From Hemiscyllium ocellatum (Eukaryota): a stretch of 64,000 nt of DNA. The stretch covers positions 83,482,484 through 83,546,483 of the forward strand of contig NC_083408.1 of assembly GCF_020745735.1 (NCBI RefSeq). Direction: 5' to 3'. Both the position numbers and the translations under genes were made by a program. Every line of letters begins with the position of its first letter. Within the stretch, counting starts at the first letter, position 1. The notes under the pieces were generated by a model. It searched no databases and was not told the DNA's origin. It saw only the letters and a program-made list of their open reading frames with translations. Of this stretch, positions 1 to 12,137 are shown one piece after another.

Positions 1-2424
1 CTGTTCCAATGGAGTTAATCGCACAAATTGAGCTATATTCATTTATTTAATGTCTGTGAATTTAAATGGATAATTTACTATCTACGGGGCATTTAATTCT
101 CATTAGGGAATTTAAGTATTTCATGGGCTCAATTTTCAATTACCTTTTGGACAGGAGAGAGGATGAATGAAAGAGACCAATGAAAATGGAAGTAGCATTT
201 CATGCAGGTCAATCCATGTCAGTGATGGAAAAATGGAAACAATCCCTTTATCATTCTGTTCCATAATATCCTTCATCTGAAATTAATATTTTTAACACAT
301 ACAGAGCGAAGTAAAAGAACATAACAACTAATAGTTGCGTCAGAAGTGGTCCAGCAGGCTGATGCCACTACTAACTTTGTAGTTTGCTATATTTGTGTAC
401 AGACAAGAATATGAATGCTTTGATTTAAATCAAAGAGTTCTAATGATTAAAGCTGTACTTATTCCTACGGTTGGGGCACAACAATAAGATGCTGGGAGCT
501 GATATTCAGACTAACAGACATGAATGTAATACAGATCATTTTGCAGCAATGAGTGCATATCATTAGTGCCAAGATGTTGATCCTGCATGTTCTGATCCAC
601 TTATTGAGATGGTACTAAATTAAGAGGCTGTAATCAGTGTACAGCAGCAACAGTCATATTTGAGCTGCTAACGAGGAAGGATCTTTGATCCTATTACTTC
701 ACTCTCAGTTATTGCTTTTTGAACCAATTGGAGAATACTAATTGCATCAAAAGCAGAATGTTCAGCAAAGCTCTAAGCCTTGTAGTAAACTGAAAGACTT
801 TGTCACCTGCCAAAGTTTATAACCGGAGGAAAGCTTAGGAGGAAACTACACAGTAATCCTAACCAGCCTCTGGAAATAAGTAGGCTTTTAAGAAGTTTCA
901 ACATCCCTCAGTATTTCATAAAGAACAAGCTTGGGACAGATCTTGAATTTATACAATAGCATGATGTGGGCAATAGCAATCAAAGTCAATAGAAGTATGA
1001 AATGGGAGAGTTAGAAACTAGCTGCTAGTTTGCTATCACTTCATTTTACACAACCAAAACACTCACTGTTAGTCATAGAGATTGATTTTGATCCTGTGCT
1101 CATCTTTGATCCTGGTCCCTATTCAAGATTATGTAATTTATACAGTTTAATCCAAGGAACCTAATGTGATTGCTTACTCGTTCTGAAATGGTTGAGAGAA
1201 ACTGGCAGAATTATTTGAAATTAATGAGAAATATAACACGGCTCTTTTGTTAGATTCAGTGGAAATGGTTTCAGAAATCTACACAGGAATCACTATAACT
1301 GTCTTTTGTTTGAATTACTTATTATCTAATTAAGTTACAATCCTAGGCTAGACGACCAACTTTTATATGATCTGGCTTGCAACTAGTAACTTTATTTTAA
1401 AACCGATACCAGATCAGATTATATAAAGTCTGAGAATAAAAGCACATGTTCCATGCTTTTGAACAAAAAAAACAATAATACATAACATTAGAGTAGAGAT
1501 ACAACCTACAATACATAAACTACTTACTGCCAAGACCCAGATGTGCATGTTGTTAATTTGGTTAATAGTCTATGATTCTACACACTGAAGCATACATTAA
1601 CTAGCAAGTACAACCAAGATAACCCCCATTGCATTCTCAGCAATGACCCCCAGGCAATAGTAACACAGTGGGTCATCAACCCTTATTAAAACTTCAAAGT
1701 GATCACAATTTTTGTTGACATTGCCTTGAAACTCCCATTTAATAATGGTCTATTGTGGACTATTTCAATATGCTTCTGTTCTAGTTGGTCACCCACTTTT
1801 TTTTTATTTCTCTGGTATTACCCTGGATTCTGGAAACTGCCTGCTAGCACTCACTCATGGGTATAACTTCCCCAACAGCTAGATGCACCAAAATAGTCCT
1901 ACCCATTTTTTTTTCCCATAGAGCTCAAATCTTGCTCAGTTGTATCAAGCAAATACCTCATGTGAGCTTTTTAACCACCTCTCTCTCTCAGTCAAGTGTC
2001 AATCCTCAGGTTTTTTCTAAGCTCCTCATGACTTCTCCCCAACAGGAAGCCAGTGATCTTCCACTTTGTTACCTCCGCAGGCCTTCTGAGTCATGACTTC
2101 CACATTTAGTTGCCTAATTCTTTGAATTTCTTCTTCAGTTCTAATAATCAGAACCATCCAATTCCTCTTGATTCTCAAGTTCCCTGCACAAAATCTTCGT
2201 GGTTCTGCTGTCTTCCAAATAATTCAGCTAATTGCAGGACTCCCAATATGGAGGCCTCTCTATTTATCTTTCTGCAGTATCCTGAAACCTTTGAACTCCT
2301 TTTTCATAATCCCTGAACTGTTGTTAGCCTTGCAATAACCCTCCGTTTCCATGCCAAAGCTGGAAAGAATTGAATGTTGTAATTTGGCAAATATTGGAAC
2401 TCATGTTCCACTAATAAATTTTCT

Positions 2425-2820
2425 TAATTTCATTCAAGGGAATATGAGTTCCATTGGCTAGCCCAACATTTATTGCCTATCTCTAATTATCCTTCAGAAG
2501 ATGGTGATGATCTGCCATCAAGAAACTCTACATTCCACTTACTGCAGAGACACCCACAATGCTATTAGGTAGAAAGTTCCAGGGTTTTAGTCCATTGACA
2601 CTGATAGAGTAACAATATACTTCACTGTCAGGGTGGAAAATGGCTTGAGGGGAAATTTGCAATTGGTGGTGCTTCCATGTAACTGATTCCTTTCTCCTGC
2701 TTGATGGTTGTGCTCATGGGTTTGGAAAGTACTGCCTGAGGAGCCTTGGAGAGTTGCTGCAGTGCATCATGTGGATGTTACCTCGTGCTGCTATTGAGTG
2801 GTGGTGGTGGTGGGAGTGAC
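2425..2820 (-). mobile_element. Old CR1/L2-group LINE, 3' end fragment
   Basis: Starts with cattcaaggga...catttattgcctatctctaattatcctt, a terminus shared with 32985, 39712 and 57895; resembles a recurrent shark LINE 3' end recalled from memory. Confidence 0.45.
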
Positions 2821-3099
2821 TTCCTCTCTGTCCGAGAATGCAAAGTAATTATGATCTACAGGATTTACTTAAGATATTAAGACTTACGAGACAGGTCATT
2901 AGGCCTCTGTTTAATGATCTGACCAAGAAGATGCACTGTCTTGCTTTTCCTCACAAGATCCAGAAGAAGGTGCTCTGATCCCTTTTCCATCCCCATAACA
3001 TCGCTCTTTATTTGGCTTGAACCCCCTTTTTCCAATTATTTTGCCACAACACCTTCTCAGACTAACAAAAGCTAGTCATTATCCAAGGATTGTGCTGGT

Positions 3100-3750
3100 A
3101 CCACATGCAACTCACATAATTGATTTAGGTATTGCGTATTGAAGATATTATTTCAAACATTGGTGGTATGGTTAACAAAGGAAGAATGCAGCAAAATAAA
3201 ATAAAACATTAATAAACTTACAGAATGCCAAAGTGATTGTCAAATTAATTTGAACACGGATAGGTGATTCATTTTGATTGGATTAGACAATAGAAATGAT
3301 AAAAGAGAGGGATGAAGAGTTTCAGGCTGCACATTCATGGAGCACTAAATACATAGGTCATCAAGAAGACCATTATAAAGAGAATAAAAAACAAACCAAG
3401 CAAGTGGGGATGATTTTAAAGAAATGGAATTGGGAAGCAGAGACATTAGACTGAACTTGAATCCAACCTTGGTGCATTACAAATAGGCTGACACTTCTTT
3501 TCTAGAAATGAGGATGCTGAGGGGAGACTAGATATAGATCTTTATAGAAAATTAAAGGATTTATTCCAGTAGATGTAAAGAAGAAGTCTCCAATCATGGG
3601 GAGCACAAAACTACAGGTCCTAAATAAAAGAATGTCACTAATAAATCCAAAAAGTAGTTTAAGAGAAACCACTTAATCCAAAAAGTAGTAAGAAAATGGA
3701 ATATGCTACTATAAGTGGTCGTTGAGACACCCAGCGTAGATGTATTGAAG
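3100..3750 (+). mobile_element. Highly degenerate CR1-like RT C-terminal fragment
   Basis: Decayed translation INKLTE..CQINLNTDR.IHF, then gatgctgaggggagactagatatagatc, parallels the LQRDxDxxxxWAxxWQMxFN...RLRGDLIEVYK region of the CR1 at 23600-24120. Confidence 0.4.
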
Positions 3751-5164
3751 GGAAGATAAATGGAAAAATCAGCGAACAGCACGAGGAGGCTATTCATACA
3801 GATATATGAAATGGGTGGAAAAGTAGAGCATTTGGATCCATGATCCTGCTCTGACATTCATGGCAGATCTATTTGTTTCAAATTTCATATTCCTAAGTAT
3901 GTTTACTCAACTCTGTCCTGATTCTTTCACCAATTACCTTAAAATCTGTGCACTCTGAATACTGACACTGAAAACATTCCCTCTTTATTTACTCTATCTA
4001 AATCTTCCATAATTTGAAGCACCTCTATTAAATTTTCTTTTAGTCTTCTCTGCTCTAACAAAAACAACCCAGATTCTCTGGTCCATTTCCATACGTTAAT
4101 GCCTCATTGCAGGCATCATACTAGTCAATTTCTTTGGTATTTTCTCCAAAGGTTTCACAGCTTCTTACAGTGCCAAAATTAGGAACAAGACTCTAGTTGC
4201 AGCTGGTGAAAGAGATCAACACATAACTGAGAAAGAATAGAAGAATGTACTGTTGGGTTACATACAGGTTTTGTACATAAATGCTACCAATGGCTAGTTA
4301 GGCCCATTAGCCTTTTTTTCTGTGGTTGACTTGATCTTATCAAAGGAATCACAATGAATGGTGAACAAAGATTAATTGGTAACCATAAAACATCATCTTT
4401 TTCTTAACAAATGCATTGGCTACTAGGTATTGCATTCAAAGGAACATCATGATGCCAACTTATCACCTCGATGCACTGAAAACACTTGTGTTTTAAACAT
4501 ATCTCCTGCAACATCACTCATAATGTTCTGATGGATAGTTATCACAATAGTGGAATTATATATGTATTTGCAATGATGGAATGGAATATTTTACATCCTT
4601 ATTGAATAGTATTTTCAGATCTCCATGAATATTTTGCCAATTATCCTCCATTGATTCTGCTCTATATTCAGTGAAAACTGTACAAGTGTGGGGTCAGGAT
4701 CAGGTCTGACTGCAAGGCCCCATACAGGAGCAATGAAAGTAGATTGACGGTGTGAATCCAAATGGATTGAGCAGCAGAATTTATTATAACATTAATGTCG
4801 ATCTGCCAAAAGAAAATGATATCATTTTCAGGTGCAATCAATTCCAAAATTACTGTAGGTGGAAGCCATGGAGAAGCTTAAGGGGAAAGAAAATCACTTT
4901 TGTAAAGCCATGATAAAAATTTATACCATCAGAGTTATTCCTTCCTAGAAATAGAAAGAGTTTCAGTACTGAAATTTCCAATAACGGCAGTTAAAAAATT
5001 TGAAATTTTCGAAAACTGGTTAATTTATGATGGTGTGCAAGGGGAAGGCTGCAGTAGGACAGAACGGATGGTAGTCCTCGAAGCCCTGATCAAGTTTACT
5101 GGTGTCAAAACTCACAGGGAATCTAGCCTAGTCCCACCTAGTGGACAGCAGTTGAGATTGTGAC

Positions 5165-5328
5165 ATGATGTGGGGGAGCCGGTGTTGGACTAGGATGTAC
5201 AAAGTTAAAAATCACACAACGCTAGGTTATAATTCAACAGGTATCTGCTGAAGGAGCAGCACTCTGAAAGCTGGTGCCACCAAATATATCTGTTGGATTA
5301 TAATCTGGTGTTGTGTGATTTTTAACTT
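5165..5328. mobile_element. Short palindromic Penelope pLTR insertion, family A
   Basis: Inverted arms at ~5202-5241 and 5289-5328 (aagttaaaaatcacacaac.../...gttgtgtgatttttaactt) flank a decayed hammerhead (ctgctgaaggagcagcactctgaaagctggtg); homologous to 24984, 30560 and 55547. Confidence 0.8.
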
Positions 5329-5558
5329 AGGTTGTTGCAAGTCATTGCTAAATGAACTGTCCTACTTCTTCATTTACAGTGTTTGAATGTTGATGCCAAA
5401 ACCATAATAGGATGAAAATGTTTCTTGAGGCACAAAGTGTTCACCACCAAGAAATTCTCCATGATATGTAGAAATTTGATGTTTGTAATCAGATAAAGTA
5501 ATTAATTTCATAAATAAAGCACTCGGAGTCAGCAGAAAGACAATTCAATTTGAGGCAG

Positions 5559-5812
5559 TACCTAACAACATGTCATGGGCTTTCTTTCAATTATACAACA
5601 GTCTCCTATAAGAAGTGTTAAAGCTGCGCCTTTTGGTTTTATTTCTAGCTGACAACGACAGCCTGAACAGGAACTGTAGTCATGAGCAATGTACATATTA
5701 TTGCAATGCAATTGAACATTCTAACAAAGTAATTCTGGAAATTAGAACTCTACACTTACACAGAATTTATCCAGGTCACTGAGTTTTTACCTAACAACAT
5801 GTCATGGGCTTT
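5559..5812. repeat. Perfect 25-bp direct repeat pair
   Basis: tacctaacaacatgtcatgggcttt at 5559-5583 and 5788-5812. Confidence 0.9.
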
Positions 5813-7099
5813 ATTGAGTGTCTCTTTGACATGTGCATCAAACTTCATTTTGCTGTGGCTGATAGCTTCATTGTGGCTGCATTAAGCTTTTGAACTACAA
5901 ACAAACATTCCACTGGACTGTGTTGAAGGTCATCATAAATCCCCCTGGCATCAGAAGGATATATTATTACATTATTGCTGAGCAGAGAGCATGCAAGGTT
6001 TGTAAGATATTTCTCTGTTCAGTTGATATTGCAAATACTCAGGGTAGATTAATGAAGAACGGGAACACCCCACTGGACTGAGTCCTTGAAAGATATAAGG
6101 AGTTCAGCTTCATTACCTGAGACCTTCTGTTACTACTTCAGGAGCATGTTCACAGACAAAAATTCCCGACTTCAATTGCAGCTGTTTCTTCACAGAGATT
6201 CATTATGGTTCACAACAGCTGGTAAGATTATTCGGAACCTTGCTGTGTGCAGTTCAAAGCTCAGAATAAACAGAGTTTATCTGAGCTGTTTGCTAAGAGA
6301 TGAAAAGAAGCAGTTATTTTGAATGATGAGGAGTTTTGTACTGAGCTAGCAGATCTCCCATGGCGGTGCTCGCAGCCTTCTGGATTCTGCAGCCTGGTTG
6401 AGACAATTGATTTTATGTCTCACTGAAATCCCATATTTTAGTGGGTGCAAGATGAATATGACAAGTGAAACTTTCTCCAAACTTTTGCCATTGCTGCAAT
6501 TTTTCTGGAGTTATCAGGAAGAATGGAGGGAGAGGTTACTTGAAATAGATCTCAAGATTTCCAGAAGGACCAGGCCTAGATTTTTCCCAAAATCATTCAA
6601 ATAAAAATTATGTTATGATTCTTTTGAAGGAGACAGTAGGATAATTTTAAAGAGTGTGCAAAAGCTACAAGGATCATTCCTTCCACTCAGAGTTGAACCC
6701 TGAAATCACCAAATTGACTCATTTGTGCTTTATTGCCAGTTAAAGTGTAAACGTCCTGATCTGAATTATTCACATTTGCGAAACAAAGTTACAAAAACCT
6801 TTTCCTCCTGAATTATGCACTTGGATATTGTGCCGTCCCTTCCCCTGCTACACAATTAATCATCTTAAACTTGACAATCCCTCCACTCTCCCTCGCTCAT
6901 TCTTTCATCCCCTCACTGTCCAAAGATGGCTGTTGGCCATTAAAAGAATGCTAATGTGTACCTTTGGAAAATAATATCTTTAAAGAAAAGAAATATGGAA
7001 TAATTTTTGATGAAGAACAACACTCTCACCATGTGACTCCCTCTTTGACACTAGACTTCCTCTTTCTCTCCATTATCCACTTCTGAGCTAGTTTTCAGA

Positions 7100-7290
7100 A
7101 ACAGGGGTGTGTGGACCAGCTCTATGTAGCTGTCTGCCTGGAAGCAGTCACTCTGTATTGCTTGAGATATATTCCTGTTTGGAAGAGGATAGCATTTTTA
7201 AGTCTTCTGCTCAAGGAGAAATGTTTCAGAGCTTTCTGTAAGTGACTTCTCTCTTAACTGCCCATAATCTCTGGTTAAAAGCAAGCTGTG
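7100..7290 (-). mobile_element. Gypsy (Gmr1-like) gag remnant, distal part
   Basis: Minus-strand translation QLAFNQRLWAVKREVTYRKL*...EDLK...YRVTASRQ...ELVH resembles the SCAN-like gag pattern FDRW..A.K...TY..LRE..LLEEFK...ELVH; continues the piece at 8976-9560. Confidence 0.5.
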
Positions 7291-8975
7291 GAACATAGAA
7301 CATAGAACAGTACAGCACAGAACAGGTCCTTCAGCCCACGATGTTGTGCCGACCATTGATTCTCACGTGAGGTAAACCTAATTTTTTAGATTAGATTAGA
7401 CTTACAGTGTGGAAACAGGCCCTTCGGCCCAACAAGTCCACACCGACCCGCCGAAGCGCAACCCACCCATACCCCTACATTTACCCCTTACCTAACACTA
7501 CGGGCAATTTAGCACGGCCAATTCACCTGACCCGCACATCTTTGGACTGTGGGAGGAAACCGGAGCACCCGGAGGAAACCCACGCAGACACGGGGAGAAC
7601 GTGCAAACTCCACACAGTCAGTCGCCTGAGTCGGGGATTGAACCCAGGTCTACAGGTGCTGTGAGGCAGCAGTGCTAACCACTGTGCCACCGTGCCGCCC
7701 CAATGTACGCACTCTGAAATTTCTGTGACCATATGCATGTCCAGCGGTCTCTTAAATATCCCCAATGACCTCGCTTCCACAACTGCTGCTGGCAACGATT
7801 CCATGCTCTCACAACTCTCTGCATAAAGAACCCACCTTTGACATCCCCTCTATACTTTCCGCCAAACAGCTTAAAACTATGACCCCTCGTGTTAACAATT
7901 TCTGCCCTGGGAAAAAGTTTCTTGCTATCAACTCTATCTATGCCTCTCATTATCTTGTACACCTCAATTAGGTCCCCTCTCTTCCTTCTTTTTTCCAATG
8001 AAAAACGTCCGAGCTCAGTCAACCTCTCTTTGTAAGATAAGCCCTCCATTCCAGGCAGCATCCTGGTAAACCTCCTTTGAACCCTCTCCAAAGCATCCAT
8101 ATCTTTCCTATAATAGGGCAACCAGAACTGGACACAGTATTCCAAATGTGGTCTAACCAAAGTTTTATAGAGCTGCAACAAGATCTCACAGCTCTTAAGC
8201 TCAATCCCCCTGTTAATGAAAGCCAAAAACACCATATGCTTTCTTAACAACCCTGTCCACTTGGGTGGCAATTTTAAGGGATCTATGTATCTGCACACCA
8301 AGATCCTGCTGTTCCTCCACACTGCCAAGAATCCTGTCTTTAATCCTATACTCAATTTTCAAGTTCAACCTTCCAAAATGCATCACTTCGCATTTATCCA
8401 GGTTGAACTCCATCTGCCACCTCTCAGCCTATTTCTGCATCCTGTCAATGTCACGCTGCAGCCTACAACAGTCCTCTATACTGACAACAACACCTCCAAC
8501 CTTTGTGTTGTCTGCAAACTTGCTAACCCATCCTTCAGTCTCCTCATCCAAGTCATTAATAAAAATTACAAAGAGTAGAGGCCCAAGAACAGAGCCCTGT
8601 GGAACACCACTCACCACTGACTTCCAGGCAGAATATTTTCCTTCCACTACCACTCGCTATCTTCTGTCGACCAGCCAATTCTGTATCCAGACAGCTAAGT
8701 TCCCCTGTATCCCATACCTCCTGACCTTCTGAATTAGCCTACCATGGGGAACCTTATCAGATGCCTTACTGAAGTCCATATACACAACATCCACCCTCGG
8801 CCCTCATCAACCTGTCTAGTAACATGCTCAAAGAACTCAATAAGGTTTGTGAGGCATGACCTGCCCCTCACAAAGCTGTGCTGACTGCCTTTAATCAAGC
8901 CATGCTCTTCCAGATGGTCATAAATCCTATCCCTCAGAATCCTTTCTAACACCTTACAGACGACAGACATGAGAC
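7291..8975 (-). mobile_element. 5'-truncated CR1 LINE (RT and 3' UTR, frameshifted)
   Basis: ORF fragments GRSCLTNLIEFFE, SGVPQGSVLGPLLFVIFINDLD, KFADNTK, YKTLVRPHLEYCVQFW; (gaacata)n tail at 7291. Confidence 0.95.
7382..7700 (-). mobile_element. HE1-type V-SINE inserted in the CR1 3' UTR
   Basis: tRNA-like head ggcggcacggtggcacagtggttagc...ggttcaatcc, V-domain gtgtctgcgtgggtttcctccgggtgctccggtttcctcccac, (tctaa)n tail. Confidence 0.92.
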
Positions 8976-9560
8976 TGTGTGAGCTTTGTTTTTCAAATTC
9001 CAGGTACATCTAATCATGCTGTTTCCTGAAGATACAGAATTTTTGATATACACTTATGAAACCTTTTTTCACTGCCTTGCAACCAGTAGCACTTCCCTCA
9101 GATAACAGGGAGTTCACCTCATGTACTTTTCCTGGAAGCTTTCTCTATAATAATAAAGACCAGTATTGGGAAGACCACTTTAACTGCTTTATCTCAAAGA
9201 GAAAAATAAATCTTTTACTTCTGCCTTCTGAAAGCTAGGAATTAAATCATTAGACCACGTTCCCTCTGTCTTGAGGATGAGCCAATGTGCTTTTGGGTGC
9301 ATCCACAGTAGGTTCCTGCTCCTTAGCTTGAGCTCTTAGTTCAAACTCCTTTTCCTATATCTTCCCTAAATATTTATCTTCTTTCCTTACTCTTTCCTCT
9401 CTTTCCCATCTTTCTCTCACACTTCCTCTTTCTCTTTCCTGCTCTTTTTCTTGTCTGCCATTTCTCAATCCAGTTCATCATCCTCAGTTTCCATTTGTAA
9501 ACTGTTGACCAACTCATGTAAAATGTCAGGGTTTTTTGGTTTTCAGGCAAAATTCTCATT
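8976..9560 (-). mobile_element. Gypsy (Gmr1-like) gag remnant, proximal part
   Basis: K/R/E-rich coiled-coil segment, then FIFLFEIKQLKWSSQYWSLLL*RKLPGKVHEV...AVKK...YQKF...RKQ...YLEFEKQ. Confidence 0.6.
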
Positions 9561-10149
9561 TTACAACTTCACCTGCACCTCTCGATCTCTTCGTTCTGCA
9601 ACACTCCCTGGGGCCCTACTATTAACTCTATAATTCCTGCCCTGGGTTGCGTTACTAAAATAGAACACCTCGCACTTATCTAAGTTCAACCCCACCAGCC
9701 TTTGCCTTCATTTGTCGGTTTCCAAATGTTTGGAGCACAATCAGTTAGAGATAAACATGGACAACAAGTTAAACCTGGGGCATGCAGCCTCATTATGGTA
9801 TGATATTTGTTATTTACCTTCCGTGCAACCTGTTAAAACAGGATGAGGACACATTGGATACAGGTTAGATGGTTGTAAAATGGTGATACCCTCCTCGATG
9901 CAAATATACACTCCTCCTGTTTCTCTATCACATTCCAAGGTGGGTAGGTGAAAATTAAAACAAAGTCTAGTGTTTGGCGCAATATTCTGGCAAGAAGGGT
10001 TCATGATCCCTCGGTTTAGATGTCAAGTACCAAACCTGGGATTTCTGGTGCCGAGAGAGACCGTACGAAGACATTTCAGCTGGAGAGCCTCTGCTCATCA
10101 GCATCTTTTTCCATTTTCTTTTCTTTTGCTCTCATTGAGAGTTTTCCAC

Positions 10150-11510
10150 AGGAGCAGAGCGAGCGCGGGCCGTGCCGGGATTGGGAGCAGAGTGAGAGTG
10201 GGCCATGCTGGGATAGGGAGCAGTGCAAGCGCAGGCCGAGCTGGGATTGGGAGCAGTGCAAGCACAGGCTGAGCTGGGATTGGGAGCAGTGCAAGTGCAG
10301 GCCGAGCTGGGATTGGGAGCAGTGCAAGCACAGGCTGAGCTGGGATTGGGAGCAGTGCAAGCACAGGCTGAGCTGGGATTGGGAGCAGAGCGAGCGCGGG
10401 CCGTGCTGGGATTGGGAGCAGAGTGAGGGCAGGCCATGCTGGGATAGGGAGCAGAGCGAGTGCAGGCCACGCCGGGATAGGGAGCAGAGTGAGGGCGGGC
10501 CGTGCTGGGATAGAGAGCAGAGCGAGTACAGGCCGTGCTGGGATAGGAGCAGAGCAAGCGCAGGCAGTGCTGGGATAGGGAGCAGAGTGAGGGTAGGCCG
10601 TGCTGGGATAGGGAGCAGAGCGAGGGCAGACCGTGCTGGGATAGGGAGCAGAGCGAGCGCAGGCCAAGTCCTCAGAGCAGGAGCAGAGCGAGTGCAGGCC
10701 GAGCCGGGATTGGGAGCAGAGCGAGCGCGGGCCGTGCTGGGATAGGGAGCAGAGCGAGTGCAGGCCACGCCGGGATAGGGAGCAGAGTGAGGGCGGGCCG
10801 TGCTGGGATAGAGAGCAGAGCGAGTACAGGCCGTGCTGGGATAGGAGCAGAGCAAGCGCAGGCCGTGCCGGGATATGGAGCAGAGTGAGGGCGGGCCGTG
10901 CTGGGATAGGGAGCAGAGCGAGGGCAGGCCGTGCTGGGATAGGGAGCAGAGCGAGCGCAGGCCAAGTCCTCAGAGCAGGAGCAGAGCAAATGCAGGCCGA
11001 GCCAGGATTGAGAGCAGCGCGAGCGCAGGCCATGCTGGGATAGGGAGCAGAGCGAGCGCAGGCCATGCCGGGATAGGGAGCAGAGTGAGGGCGGGCCGTG
11101 CTGGGATAGGGAGCAGAGTGAGGGCGGGTCGTGCTGGGATAGAGAGCAGAGCGAGTGCAGGCCGTGCTGGGATTGGGAGCAGAGTGAGCGCAGGCCGTGC
11201 TGGGATTGGGAGCAGAGCGAGCGCAGGCCGTGCTGGGATTGGGAGCAGAGTGAGCGCAGGCCGTGCTGGGATAGGGAGCAGAGTGAGCGCAGGCCGAGCT
11301 GGGATTGGGAGCAGAGTGAGCAAGGGCCATGCTGTGATTGGGAGCAGAGAGAGTGCAGGCCATGCTGGGATAGGGAGCAGAATGAGTGCGGGTTGAGCTA
11401 GGATCAGGAGCAGAGCAAGCGCAGGCCATGCTGGGATAGGGAGCAGAGTGAGAGCAGGCTGAGCTAGGATCAGAGTTGCAGCCAGAACCTGGAGTGGGAG
11501 CAGAATTAGC
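10150..11510. repeat. 33-bp GC/CpG-rich minisatellite, about 40 units
   Basis: Unit gagcagagcgagcgcaggccgtgctgggat(a/t)gg; 11-aa periodicity in the ORF track; degenerate units continue to ~11780. Confidence 0.97.
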
Positions 11511-12137
11511 CAAGGCCAGATGGTGGGCCAAGTCCTGGGAGCTGAGTCATGCCTGTAACAGGAGCAGGGAGTAAAGTCTAGGCCAGCCAGTGGGATGAGT
11601 CCTGGGAGCTGAGTCGCGTCTAGAGCAGGAGCAGGAGCAGGAGCAGAGCAATCCCAGGCTGGATGATGGGCCAAGTTCTGGAGCAGGAGCAGGTCCAGGA
11701 GCAGAGCCCAGGTCGGACAGTGGGCCAAGCCCAACGCATGGAGGCAGCGAGGCCTTGTGTTCCACAGCCCGGCCAGCACAGACTCAGTGAAGTGAACTGT
11801 AACTTGAGTATTTAAAGATACTTTGTCTTTTCTTTCTGAATTTTTTAAAACTCAGTTTTGCTTGTCTTTTTTTTTCTACAGTTGCAATTCTGTAACAACA
11901 CTCAAAGTATCTGTACCTCGGTGCCCTGTACCTAAGATGGTGCTGAGGGAATACACTTCCCCTGTGCCTTTAGAACTTACCAACAATGGGTAACATATAG
12001 AGAATGTACAGACACCAAAGAAAGATTTTAAGATTCCTGAAGATAAATATGCAGGAATGGGATAAAAAAAGAGTCATTATGAGACTTTACATTTTGGTAA
12101 CGACAGAATAAATATGCTTGAAATTAAATTAGGGCAG

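Noticed and set aside
6142-6221. Possible 80-nt exon (ttcag|...ctg|gtaaga)
   Set aside because: Splice signals are plausible, but no frame gives a recognisable protein and no partner exons were found
10150-11510. CRISPR-like array
   Set aside because: Units are contiguous with no unique spacers; eukaryotic context; no cas genes
9970-11779. Long ORFs (up to 477 aa) with Cys/Trp-, Pro/Ala- or Gly/Arg-rich repeats
   Set aside because: Open in several frames on both strands because the 33-bp unit is a multiple of three and mostly lacks stops; no non-repeat domain
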